A stretch of 64,000 nt of DNA from a virus (IMGVR_UViG_3300001450_000028:8327-72326); one strand, 5' to 3'. Positions 40,413-49,499 are shown, counted from the first letter of the stretch. The notes: a model not told the origin generated them from the letters alone. Made by a program: numbers and translations.

Positions 40413-41272
40413 ACATTAAACACAATAAAAAAAGAAATATTGGTGTTGTATACGAATTGCTAATTCAACACATTACAAGTTGCATTGTTGAGGGCGACAA
40501 TAAGTCAGCAAAAATTGGAACAAGACTAATTGAAAAGCATTTTTCAAAAGAAAAAGAACTTTACAAAGAATTTAGATTGTTTAATGCACTTGTAAATTCA
40601 ACAGTTAGTGATACACATATAGTTGCATCAATACTTTCAGAAGCAAAAAGAGCAGCAAGAAAAATTGACTATAAAAAACTTGAAAAAGAAAAATCAAATC
40701 TATTAAGAGATATTAACTACAAAATTAATAAAAAAGATTTTTTCTACCAGACAGTTTCAAACTATAGGCAATTAGGTTCAATACAAATAGCACTAAATGA
40801 ATGGCGTAAGGACTCGCCGGACCTTGGGCGACTTATTGAATTTGAGAAAAAAATTGGAGAAAATCTTCTACTAGAAAAAACTAATAAAGATATAGTAGAA
40901 GTTAAAAACAATCTAGACGCTTCAAAGTCAGACAAGTTAATTCTTAAGCTAATGACAGAGAAAATTAACAAAAAGTATTCAAATCTTTCATCATCTGAGC
41001 GTGAAATTATTAGCAATTATGTTTTTTACTCTTCAAAAGAAGGCGACTACTTAAAATCTTATCTATCAGAAAAGAGAAAAGACGCTTTAAACCTTTTAGA
41101 AAACTTTGAAGACAAAGAAACAAATCAAATTTTGGTAGAAAAAGTAGGTAAAGTAAGAGACACTATTCAAAACATTAGTGAGCAAGAAGTTAATGACGAA
41201 ACCGTTATTAAATTTTTAACTATTACAAAGCTAATTAACGAACTCACTAAACAGGAGAATAAAAATGGCTGA
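40409..41272 (+). CDS. Head-module protein between portal and protease (287 aa)
   Basis: KHNKKRNIG..YELL N-terminus; ATGA-coupled to the portal. Confidence 0.55.
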   Translation: MNIKHNKKRNIGVVYELLIQHITSCIVEGDNKSAKIGTRLIEKHFSKEKELYKEFRLFNALVNSTVSDTHIVASILSEAKRAARKIDYKKLEKEKSNLLRDINYKINKKDFFYQTVSNYRQLGSIQIALNEWRKDSPDLGRLIEFEKKIGENLLLEKTNKDIVEVKNNLDASKSDKLILKLMTEKINKKYSNLSSSEREIISNYVFYSSKEGDYLKSYLSEKRKDALNLLENFEDKETNQILVEKVGKVRDTIQNISEQEVNDETVIKFLTITKLINELTKQENKNG

Positions 41273-41888
41273 TTTAAAAGTACTTAGAGAGTGGCTTCCT
41301 ATTACATGTGACAAAGAAGTCATTAAGGAAAATAAAGAAAAGTATGGAAAAGTAATGCTAAAAGGTATTATTCAAAGAGCAAATACTTTAAACCAGAATG
41401 GCCGTGTTTACCCAAAATCAATCCTTCAAAGAGAAATTGAAAACTATCAAAAGCTAATAAGAGAGAATAGAGCACTAGGCGAATGCGATCACCCGGACTC
41501 TTCTGTTATTGAGTTAAAAAATGCGAGTCATGTAGTTAGAGAAGCATACATGCAAGGTGATGATGTCTACGGAACAATCGAAGTGCTTAACACTCCTAGC
41601 GGTAAGATTATTCAAGAATTAATCGAATCAGGAATTACACTAGGTATTAGCTCAAGAGGCGTTGGTTCTACATCTTCACAAGGAAATACACAGGTAGTCC
41701 AGGATGACTTTCAACTAATATGTTTTGACATGGTTAGCGAGCCATCAACCCCTGGAGCTTTTATGGGACTTCACGAAGGAAAAACAATCAAACCTAAAGA
41801 ATTAAATAATTTCTTTAACAGGACAGACAGGATAGATAGAATTTTTAATGAAATTCTTACTTGGGGAAAAAATGAGCAAGATAAATAA
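41265..41888 (+). CDS. gp21: Prohead core protease (T4 gp21-like)
   Basis: NQNGRVYP, ALGECDHP, LGISSRGVGS, FDMVSEPSTPGAF. Confidence 0.95.
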   Translation: MADLKVLREWLPITCDKEVIKENKEKYGKVMLKGIIQRANTLNQNGRVYPKSILQREIENYQKLIRENRALGECDHPDSSVIELKNASHVVREAYMQGDDVYGTIEVLNTPSGKIIQELIESGITLGISSRGVGSTSSQGNTQVVQDDFQLICFDMVSEPSTPGAFMGLHEGKTIKPKELNNFFNRTDRIDRIFNEILTWGKNEQDK

Positions 41889-42408
41889 AAAATTACTTAA
41901 ATCTATTGTAAAAGAATGTCTAGTTGAAATATTAGCAGAAGGTCTTGTGCAAGGCCAGGCAACTCCTGTTGAAAAGAAAAGATCTTTAAAGGAAACTGTT
42001 GAAAACACAGGAAGGGCACTTGGCAAAAAAAGAATAGATCCTAGATTAGGTAGAATGAATGAGGTACAACAAGCAAATCTTCAAAAGCGAGGAAGTTATT
42101 TAGACCAAGTAAGCTTTGGACAAAATAATTCAAAGCAAGCTCAAGAAGAACCATCTCAAAATAGAGCTAGCAAGCTTATATCTAGTGTAACTAAAGATCC
42201 AATTATGAGCGAAATTTTTGCAGACACCGCTGCTTCGACACTAAAAAGACAGGGTGCAGCTGAAAGAGGCGGTTCCCGCGGAGGAGGTGTTTCTATGCCT
42301 GCTGATGAAGCGGCAAGAATCGTAGAGGCATCTGACCCTATGGAGCTTTTTGGAAGTTCTGCAGGAAAATGGGCTGAAATGGCATTTGCTCCAAAATTAA
42401 ATAGATAA
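41872..42408 (+). CDS. Hypothetical head-module protein
   Basis: GGGG RBS favours the ATG at 41872 (MSKINKKLLKSIVKECLVEILAE). Confidence 0.55.
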   Translation: MSKINKKLLKSIVKECLVEILAEGLVQGQATPVEKKRSLKETVENTGRALGKKRIDPRLGRMNEVQQANLQKRGSYLDQVSFGQNNSKQAQEEPSQNRASKLISSVTKDPIMSEIFADTAASTLKRQGAAERGGSRGGGVSMPADEAARIVEASDPMELFGSSAGKWAEMAFAPKLNR

Positions 42409-42456
42409 AAAATTAATTGCAATATATTTAGATTGCAAACATTTTCTGGAGCCGCT

Positions 42457-42705
42457 ATGTCTAGACCCACAAAGCTTACAAAGTCAGTATTGAAAAGAAT
42501 TATCAATGAAGAACGTCAAAAAATAATTGACCAAAAGAAAAAGATTAAAAACATAAAGCACTCAAAAGACATTAAGCGCCTTTATGAACTCAGAAAAGAA
42601 TTAAAGACATTGTTACAGTTGAAAAAAGAACAAAAATTTCTTTTTGAAAGAATTAAAAAAATTCAAAAAAGAACAAAAGTAATCTCAAAAAAGATTAAGG
42701 AGTAA
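42457..42705 (+). CDS. Small Lys-rich coiled-coil protein, candidate internal head protein
   Basis: GGAG RBS before ATG 42457 (MSRPTKLTKSVLKRIINEE); the TTG start in the track looks too long. Confidence 0.55.
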   Translation: MSRPTKLTKSVLKRIINEERQKIIDQKKKIKNIKHSKDIKRLYELRKELKTLLQLKKEQKFLFERIKKIQKRTKVISKKIKE

Positions 42706-42707
42706 CA

Positions 42708-43277
42708 ATGGCTGAAAAAGGCGATATATTAGTAGAACCAAAAATCGTAACTGCTGGAGGGCTAGGTAGAAGGTTTTCTGACAATTACACATCTGCTTAC
42801 CCGTCATCACCAATATACGCAGGAGATATGACAGATGATGCTATTAGGCAAGTTTGGGCAGATGGAGTACAGTCAGAAGATCCAACTGATGCATTTGATG
42901 CGTACGGTTCGCCAGTTGCAAGCGGCGATGGAAACAGGTTTGATAGCTTTAATGTCGATTTTACTGGCACAACAGAAGATCCTGTACCTGATGTTGGTGG
43001 CAACACAGAAACTTTCGATGGAAAGGCTTTTGGTGACGGCCAAGGTGCCCCTACAACACCGTATATTCCGCCTTTAACATCCCCTGGCCCTGGGTCGCTA
43101 TCTGCAACAGACCAGCCTGCCTTTACAGGAGCAACTCCAGACGCAGCACTTCAGTCTGAATTTGGATCTGGGTTGGGTGGTCTAGCTTCACCTCACGAAA
43201 CGTCACCTGAGATTGCAACACAAGACACAGTTACTGCTCTAATTTCTGGCAGATCATACGCAACCTCAGCAGGTTAA
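42708..43277 (+). CDS. Acidic Pro/Gly/Thr-rich head-module protein (189 aa)
   Basis: AAGGAG RBS; low-complexity composition. Confidence 0.55.
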   Translation: MAEKGDILVEPKIVTAGGLGRRFSDNYTSAYPSSPIYAGDMTDDAIRQVWADGVQSEDPTDAFDAYGSPVASGDGNRFDSFNVDFTGTTEDPVPDVGGNTETFDGKAFGDGQGAPTTPYIPPLTSPGPGSLSATDQPAFTGATPDAALQSEFGSGLGGLASPHETSPEIATQDTVTALISGRSYATSAG

Positions 43278-43287
43278 ACGGATATTT

Positions 43288-43932
43288 ATGAGTTATGAAT
43301 CTACCATAGGCATTGCAAAGGCTCACGATGGAAATGTCTCTCGTGGTTATGGTAGAATTTCAACAGGTCATCCTGCACAAGGTGCAACTCAAGGCCAATC
43401 TAGACCCATGTATCAGTATCCTGAACTAGGTGAAAACGAAGAACTTGATCCTGACATAGACATACTTGATGATCTAGATACAGACATAATTGATGCAATT
43501 CATGCTGTAACTGACACTGAACTATATACAAACCCTAATAGATCTGGTCGCGCTGACAGAGGGTCTTTGACAGGTAGAAACATGGCAATGGAAGGTATGT
43601 CAGAAGAGTTTGAACATACAACTACTGCTGTTAGGGGTTTGTCGCCTAGAATAACTTATCGTCAAAAAGGTCCAACAGGTACAGTACCTAGAAACAATAA
43701 AGGACCAGCATTTGGTGCTCAATCAACAGCACAGTATATTCGAAGCGCTCCTGGTAGAAAAGGAGGCACTCATTTTGGTACTGCTAGAGCTCCACTTCCT
43801 AGACATGACGAATATGATGAAAACATATTTTCTCTAATGGATTTAAAAGATCCAATGGAGCGATCTTTTTTAAATCAGCAAAAAAGAGTCAACAAAATTA
43901 AAAACATGGTCAATTTAATTGAAAAAGAATAA
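43288..43932 (+). CDS. Hypothetical head-module protein (214 aa)
   Basis: Contiguous ORF with alternating acidic and Gly/Arg-rich segments. Confidence 0.5.
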   Translation: MSYESTIGIAKAHDGNVSRGYGRISTGHPAQGATQGQSRPMYQYPELGENEELDPDIDILDDLDTDIIDAIHAVTDTELYTNPNRSGRADRGSLTGRNMAMEGMSEEFEHTTTAVRGLSPRITYRQKGPTGTVPRNNKGPAFGAQSTAQYIRSAPGRKGGTHFGTARAPLPRHDEYDENIFSLMDLKDPMERSFLNQQKRVNKIKNMVNLIEKE

Positions 43933-43960
43933 TTAAAAAGAACATTAGCAAAAAACAGCT

Positions 43961-43968
43961 ATATTTAT
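43961..43968 (+). promoter_or_regulatory. Candidate late promoter motif ATATTTAT (representative of the ATAnWTA family)
   Basis: Similar motifs lie 21-39 nt upstream of about 11 structural gene starts (see findings). Confidence 0.55.
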
Positions 43969-43987
43969 TAAGTTTAAGAGGTAATCA

Positions 43988-45439
43988 ATGTCAAACAAAA
44001 TTTTTGAAGAAGCGATTGCGGATGCAAAAAAACTAAGAGAAGTTGCAGAAGAAAATGCTAAAAAAGCAATTCTTGAAGCAGTTACTCCAAAAATTAGAGA
44101 ATTTATAGAGTCTGAGCTTATTGAAGGCAAAGAGGAAGAAATCGAAGAAGATGCAGAAGAACTAGATGAAGGTTCTGATGTTGAAGAAGAGATTACCCTT
44201 GATGAGGTTTCACTTAAAAAGCTATCTACTCTACTCGGTGTTGATATTACAAGCCAACTTGCAGATAAAAATACAAAATCTGCAATATCAGAATCAACAA
44301 GAGACGCTTTCGACATGTTAGACGAAAGACAGAAGAAAGACCTTAAGAAATTGGCAAATAAAATTAACAGTAGAAAAAGAACTTTGTCTTCTGCTACCAT
44401 AAATAATAAAGAATCGAATTTAAAGGAGAATTCACCAATGAAAGATAAGTACTATGAAGTAGATCTCAAGGCTCTAAGAGAAGCTGTTGAGGCAGAACTT
44501 TCAGAAACCCTCTATGAAGATGAAGGTGCTGATGAAGGTTCTGATCATGATGTTGAAGAGGCGAGTCTTGAAGAAATGCTTCAGGAGCTAAGACTTGTCT
44601 TGGATTTAGGCGAAGATATTGAAGAAGACCAAATCCCTGAAGAACTTCGCGGAATGCTAGAAGACGACGACGAAGATGAAGAAGAAGTCGAACTAGCTGA
44701 CGATGATGCAGAAGAAGCCGAAGAAGCCGAAGAAGAAGGCGAAGGTGAAGAAGATGCAGAAGCAGAAGTTGATTTTCAAGCACTCGCTGAAATGATGTAT
44801 GAAGAAGAAGATGCAGATGAGATGGTGGAAGTCGATGAAGCCGTTCTCGCTGAAGAAATTCTTCGAATTAGAAAAATGGTCCGCGAAGGGAAAATGGATC
44901 ACCAGTTTGGTGGCAAAGGCGAAGGTAAAGCCGGCGTCGCAGGATCCTTTGGCGGAAAAGGCACCGGAAAAGCCGGTGTCAAAAAAGCTTTTGGTGGTGG
45001 ATCAGAAGGACAAGATGTCTTTACCAACCCACCTACCTTAAACAAACTAGCGGAGGCATTCCGCACAGAGCGCCGCAAAAATCGTGCGCTTGATGAGAAA
45101 CTGAAGAAATACAGAAGTGCTGTTGATACTCTTCGTGAACAGTTGGAAGATCTCAATCTTTTTAATGCCAAGTTGCTTTACGTTAATAAGCTTCTTCAGA
45201 ATAAGAACCTTAACGAGTCTGAAAAGAAATCCGTTATCAAGGCGCTTGACGAAGCTAACAGTCTTAGAGAGGCTAAGTCATTGTACAAGTCTCTAACCGA
45301 GACATTTACTCGTGGTGGAAAAAAGACTCTTGCTGAGTCAAGAAGCCGTGGGTCTTCATCCAGACCAACAACCTCTTCAGCACCTAAGGGCGGAGCTCCC
45401 GAACTTGACCGCTGGCAGAGACTTGCAGGTCTAAAATAA
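43988..45439 (+). CDS. Prohead scaffolding/core protein (gp22-like by position)
   Basis: Lies immediately before the capsid gene; very acidic, coiled-coil, many L/I-x-E sites; ends RWQRLAGLK. Confidence 0.75.
   Translation: MSNKIFEEAIADAKKLREVAEENAKKAILEAVTPKIREFIESELIEGKEEEIEEDAEELDEGSDVEEEITLDEVSLKKLSTLLGVDITSQLADKNTKSAISESTRDAFDMLDERQKKDLKKLANKINSRKRTLSSATINNKESNLKENSPMKDKYYEVDLKALREAVEAELSETLYEDEGADEGSDHDVEEASLEEMLQELRLVLDLGEDIEEDQIPEELRGMLEDDDEDEEEVELADDDAEEAEEAEEEGEGEEDAEAEVDFQALAEMMYEEEDADEMVEVDEAVLAEEILRIRKMVREGKMDHQFGGKGEGKAGVAGSFGGKGTGKAGVKKAFGGGSEGQDVFTNPPTLNKLAEAFRTERRKNRALDEKLKKYRSAVDTLREQLEDLNLFNAKLLYVNKLLQNKNLNESEKKSVIKALDEANSLREAKSLYKSLTETFTRGGKKTLAESRSRGSSSRPTTSSAPKGGAPELDRWQRLAGLK
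44906..45001 (+). repeat. 42-bp-period imperfect coding repeat (FGGKGEGKAGVAGS / FGGKGTGKAGVKKA / FGGG)
   Basis: Units start at 44906, 44948 and 44990 inside the scaffold gene. Confidence 0.7.
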
Positions 45440-45489
45440 ACTGTTCACAAATATAAACGACATAATTTAAATTATAAAGGAGTTAAAAC

Positions 45490-47421
45490 ATGTCACGTTC
45501 ATTCACTTTAAATCAGCTTACTGAAGGCATTCGCGACCGCGATATTGGCGCCGAAAGTAACAGACTGATGGAGAAGTGGACCCGCACAGGTCTGCTTCGT
45601 GGTCTCGCCGACACAGGTCGCGAAACCATGTCACGCCTTCTCGAAAACCAGGCAGCCCAGGTTCTTCGCGAAGCAAACGTTCTTGGTTCAGGCGGAAGCG
45701 CTGGTGCCATCGACGGTTTCTCAAACATTGCATTCCCGATTGTTCGTAGAGTTTTCGGCGGTTTAGTTGCAAACGAACTCGTTTCAATTCAGCCAATGAG
45801 CCTTCCTTCTGGTCTGCTCTTCTACCTCGACTACACCTACGGCTCAGACGTTGGTGGTGACGATACGCTCGCTGCTTCACCTGATCTTGCTGGTACAGAT
45901 GCTACCTTCAACAAAGGCGACTCACTCTACAACAACCCAGCAGGTAAGTCAATTCGTACAGGTTCTGATGCGGTCGGTGGTCAGTACGACCTCGTCGGTT
46001 CATCATACTCGCGCGTTCATAAGGGTGTTGTATTAAAAGCTGCAGAAGACGTCTTCAACGGCGCTTTTGGTGGTGCTTCAGCTCAGTCATGGACTGCAGG
46101 TTCTACATCTGTTAACGTTACAACAAGCGGTTCAGACGGAAAACTACTTCAGTTTGACCCTCAGGTTGTTCAGCACATTACAGACGGCACATTCGGGTAT
46201 CAGTTCTTAGTCATGTCAGCTTCAAAGCTTATTGATTCAACAAGTACATACAGAGTAGATTCTACTGCTATTAAGTCAATTGCTCTATTCTCTGATGCAG
46301 GCATTACAGGATATACAGTTCCTGGTTCTGATATGCAGGGTGGAAGTGGCATTCTTAACGTTCGTCGCTTAAACCAGCTCGGTACAATGTCTGGTGCACC
46401 TAGCAATGTTTCATTCACACCAAACCCTCTTGTCGGTGTTTCAGCCACTGATTTAAGTTCAGGTGTGCTTTTTGTCATGCAGGGCGCTGCTGCTGACCTT
46501 GAAAACGTTTCAACCGCTCTTAATCTCACAGCTTCTTTTGCTGTAGGTGATCAGGTTGAAGCTGCTGGTGGCACCGGTGGAACACTTACCATTCCGACCT
46601 TCGAGTCAGATTTTGGTTCTTCACCACAGCCTGTCATCCCTGAAATTGACATCAAGATTGAGTCAATTGCTGTTACAGCTACCACACGTAAGCTCCGTGC
46701 TCGTTGGTCTCCGGAACTCGCACAGGATCTTAACGCTTACCACAGCATGGACGCCGAGGTTGAGCTTACTCAGATCCTTTCAGAGCAGATTGCTCTTGAA
46801 ATCGACCGCGAGATCCTTAACGACCTGCTCGTCGAAGCTCGTGGTGCTAACTTCTACTGGAGCAGAAGCCCCGGTAAGTTCGTTAACAAGCGCTCTGGTG
46901 CTGCTGTTCAGCTTGCTTCAACACTCGCAACCGGTCCCCAGTTCACTGGTACCGTCCGCGAATGGTACGAGACTCTTGTCGAGACCATTATTGATGTTGC
47001 TAACGAGATCCACAGAAAGACCCTTCGCGGTTCAGCTAACTTCCTCGTGTGTTCACCTGAAGTTGCTACAATCTTCGAAGCTTCTGTCCTCTACAAGCCT
47101 TCAATCAAGATTGACGGTCAAGGCCAGGTCGGTGCAGAGTTCACACTCGGTGCTGCTTCAATCGGTAGCTTAAGCAACCGATTCACAGTCTACAAGGACC
47201 CATACTTCCCACGCAACAAGATTCTTGTTGGTTACAAGGGAGGTTCATACCTTGAGACCGGTTACGTTTACGCTCCGTACGTTCCGCTAATTGTCACTCC
47301 GACAATCTTCGCGCCTGAAGACTTCACACCCCGCAAGGGCGTGATGACTCGTTACGGCAAGAAGATGGTTCGCGCTGACTTCTACGGTACAATTACCTGC
47401 CTCGACATGGACATTATCTGA
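45490..47421 (+). CDS. gp23: Major capsid protein (T4 gp23-like), 643 aa with a large central insertion
   Basis: FPIVRRVF..LVANELVSIQPMSLPSGLLFY, RKLRARWSPELAQDLNAYH..DAEVELT, YAPYVPL, FTPRKGVMTRY; strong AAAGGAG RBS. Confidence 0.97.
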   Translation: MSRSFTLNQLTEGIRDRDIGAESNRLMEKWTRTGLLRGLADTGRETMSRLLENQAAQVLREANVLGSGGSAGAIDGFSNIAFPIVRRVFGGLVANELVSIQPMSLPSGLLFYLDYTYGSDVGGDDTLAASPDLAGTDATFNKGDSLYNNPAGKSIRTGSDAVGGQYDLVGSSYSRVHKGVVLKAAEDVFNGAFGGASAQSWTAGSTSVNVTTSGSDGKLLQFDPQVVQHITDGTFGYQFLVMSASKLIDSTSTYRVDSTAIKSIALFSDAGITGYTVPGSDMQGGSGILNVRRLNQLGTMSGAPSNVSFTPNPLVGVSATDLSSGVLFVMQGAAADLENVSTALNLTASFAVGDQVEAAGGTGGTLTIPTFESDFGSSPQPVIPEIDIKIESIAVTATTRKLRARWSPELAQDLNAYHSMDAEVELTQILSEQIALEIDREILNDLLVEARGANFYWSRSPGKFVNKRSGAAVQLASTLATGPQFTGTVREWYETLVETIIDVANEIHRKTLRGSANFLVCSPEVATIFEASVLYKPSIKIDGQGQVGAEFTLGAASIGSLSNRFTVYKDPYFPRNKILVGYKGGSYLETGYVYAPYVPLIVTPTIFAPEDFTPRKGVMTRYGKKMVRADFYGTITCLDMDII

Positions 47422-47443
47422 TCTTTAATTAGATAATGTCTTT

Positions 47444-47470
47444 AAAGGCACCCTTCGGGGTGCCTTTTTT
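47444..47470 (+). terminator. Intrinsic terminator after the capsid gene
   Basis: AAAGGCACCC-TTCG-GGGTGCCTTT followed by a T tract (cUUCGg tetraloop). Confidence 0.9.
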
Positions 47471-47527
47471 GTTTTTCACTTATAATTTTTAAAATAGTTT
47501 TCTATAATAAGAAAATAAGGAGCTTAA

Positions 47528-47788
47528 ATGCTAATTGACGAAAATGATATGGAAAAAGAACCCTCAGGCCAAGGTGAGATTGTCGGTATTGCAATGATAC
47601 CACCCGGAGAAATGGATCCGGATGAAGGATTAAGACTTCAACTGCTTATGCTTTCAAAAGAAATTCTTTTAGGAAAAGCAGCAATGCGTTGGGAAACACA
47701 CAAGCAGTACGCAGACGTTGAAGTTGGCGAAATTATAAACGAAGCTCAAAGAATGTTTGAGTTTGTCAAGGGCCCTAATGAAAGTTAA
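47528..47788 (+). CDS. Hypothetical protein (86 aa)
   Basis: TAAGGAG RBS and TATAAT at 47503-47508. Confidence 0.6.
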   Translation: MLIDENDMEKEPSGQGEIVGIAMIPPGEMDPDEGLRLQLLMLSKEILLGKAAMRWETHKQYADVEVGEIINEAQRMFEFVKGPNES

Positions 47789-48206
47789 TTTTAAAAAGCT
47801 GCACCCGAATGCCAAAACACCTCACTACTCTTTAGAAGGTGATGCATGTTTAGACTTATATGCAGCGTGGCAAAAAATAGATGATTTAGGTAACCGAGTA
47901 TACGGTACAGGAATTGCAATGGAAATACCTAGAGGTCATGTAGGATTATTGTTTCCAAGAAGCTCTATATCAAAAACAAATTTAAGCTTAAGAAACAGCG
48001 TCGGTGTGATTGATAGCAATTATCGAGGCGAGATAATGTTAAAGTTTCTTGATTTAGAAGAGATGGGTGACCTACCAGGGTATCTCCCGGGCAATAAAAT
48101 CGGCCAGATCATGATAATTGAAAGACCTGAAATTCAACTTGGAGAAGTAGCAAAGCTTTCAGATTCTGTGCGCGGTGAAGGCGGCTTTGGGTCTACAGGA
48201 AGTTAA
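47778..48206 (+). CDS. dut: dUTPase (trimeric type)
   Basis: Motifs ACLDL, PRSS, GVIDSNYRGEI, GQ, RGEGGFGSTG. The likely start is MKVNFKKL at 47778. Confidence 0.95.
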   Translation: MKVNFKKLHPNAKTPHYSLEGDACLDLYAAWQKIDDLGNRVYGTGIAMEIPRGHVGLLFPRSSISKTNLSLRNSVGVIDSNYRGEIMLKFLDLEEMGDLPGYLPGNKIGQIMIIERPEIQLGEVAKLSDSVRGEGGFGSTGS

Positions 48207-48522
48207 GCCAGGCATACCTTGACCGATTATCTAAATACGTCATGTCTTTTTGCATTGCGTATGCTTCTTTTTCAAAAGGAATATCGTAATATGCCTGATC
48301 TTTATCTCTGTTCTTGACAAAGCTCTTGAGCCAATAAAAGCCGTAAAGTATATAAAAACCTACAACCAATAACTCCACCTGTTGACGCAGGTGGATTTTT
48401 TCATGGTTGATTGTGACTTCGTTTCCTTCATCTCTAATAAACACAAAAGGCCATAGTGCTATTGCATAAACATCTATGACAATTGATGCCCACTTAGGAA
48501 CTTTGCTGTTTTTTATAATCAT
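48193..48522 (-). CDS. Small HExxH (zincin-like) protein with hydrophobic segments
   Basis: INHEKIHLRQQ, IPFEKEAY; GGAG RBS on the minus strand; the only credible minus-strand gene in the window. Confidence 0.7.
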   Translation of the reverse strand: MIIKNSKVPKWASIVIDVYAIALWPFVFIRDEGNEVTINHEKIHLRQQVELLVVGFYILYGFYWLKSFVKNRDKDQAYYDIPFEKEAYAMQKDMTYLDNRSRYAWLNFL

Positions 48523-48591
48523 TTTAACTCCAGAAAATTAGTAATCAACATTATACTTATACACGAGTCATTCATTTTATTGGAGGAACAG

Positions 48592-48807
48592 ATGGCAAGA
48601 AAAAGTACAAGTACAGCATCCGGTGCTGCAAAAGCACCAGAGTGCTGCGCAAAATGTGAAAAAGATATTGCAGAACTTAGAAAAGAAATTGCAGCTTTAA
48701 AGGCTGCAATTGCAAAGAGATCTACAGACGGCGCTGACCCACGTGTTAATAAAATACTAGAAGCACTTGTAAAATACAGCTCAAAATTTAAAAGTTTGCT
48801 TTCTTAG
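48592..48807 (+). CDS. Small coiled-coil protein
   Basis: GGAGG RBS before ATG 48592; CCAKC followed by heptads. Confidence 0.6.
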   Translation: MARKSTSTASGAAKAPECCAKCEKDIAELRKEIAALKAAIAKRSTDGADPRVNKILEALVKYSSKFKSLLS

Positions 48808-48891
48808 GTCATATATAGATCAGGCCCAACACAAGCATAATTAACTGATCTCGCCAGTGTGTTGGAATCTTGCGAAAATAAGGAGGAAATT

Positions 48892-49449
48892 ATGCCTAAA
48901 GTAAAGTTTACAAATTCAAAAGGTTTACATCAAGAGTCGGGTACAGAGTCATTTGACCTTCAAGGCGACGGTGTTTTATTTGGTCAAAGAAATAAAATAT
49001 CTGGCTCTCTTAACTTAGGAGCAACACTATCACTTAATGATTCTGGAAAAACATTCATGATCGGATCAGGTTCAGCAGGTGCATTTACAATTGAATACCC
49101 TGTTACACATACTGGATGGAACGCAAAGTTTGTAGTAGGTCAAGATGCGGTTGTTTCTAAGGGTGGCGCAAGAACAGGTCTGGGTGCAGCAGTAACACTT
49201 TCAGGATCAGACTCAGGTGGCGGTCACGTTGTAACAGGATCTTTTATTATTACAGGAACAGATGCAGCACCAGTCGGAATTGTACAAGGAAACGGGTCAA
49301 ATGTAGGTAAGATGATATTTGCTGCAGGCGGATTGGCTGCAGGTGCAAGAGCTGGTGATTACGTAGAAATTGAAGTTTTAAGAGGTACAAAAGATACTTC
49401 TGATGGATTTATGGCTGTTGTTCACGGGCATGGATACTGTAAAAATTAA
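48892..49449 (+). CDS. Gly-rich beta-strand virion protein, possible capsid decoration/fibre
   Basis: AAGGAGG RBS before ATG 48892 (MPKVKFTNSKGL); has its own terminator; TLSLNDSGKTFMI...GDYVEI pattern. Confidence 0.55.
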   Translation: MPKVKFTNSKGLHQESGTESFDLQGDGVLFGQRNKISGSLNLGATLSLNDSGKTFMIGSGSAGAFTIEYPVTHTGWNAKFVVGQDAVVSKGGARTGLGAAVTLSGSDSGGGHVVTGSFIITGTDAAPVGIVQGNGSNVGKMIFAAGGLAAGARAGDYVEIEVLRGTKDTSDGFMAVVHGHGYCKN

Positions 49450-49471
49450 ATCGTAACAATTTTTTATAATT

Positions 49472-49499
49472 AAGGTGCTCCTTGCGGGTACCTTTTTTT
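49472..49499 (+). terminator. Intrinsic terminator
   Basis: AAGGTGCTC-CTTGC-GGGTACCTT followed by a T tract. Confidence 0.75.

Noticed and set aside
44660-44830. GAA/GAT-rich tandem repeats as a DNA-level element
   Set aside because: They simply encode the Glu/Asp-rich tract of the scaffold protein.
43945-47173. Antisense and alternate-frame ORFs over the scaffold and capsid genes (e.g. 43945..44400 minus, 46547..47173 plus)
   Set aside because: They lack RBSs and recognisable motifs and are explained by codon bias of the real genes. The same applies to the other short shadow ORFs in the track.
48826-48880. HDV-like/theta ribozyme (CTG-ATCTCGC-CAG loop and a downstream GCGAA)
   Set aside because: The would-be P1 starts with C rather than G and no convincing P2 pairing forms. 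Kept only as a generic structured leader.
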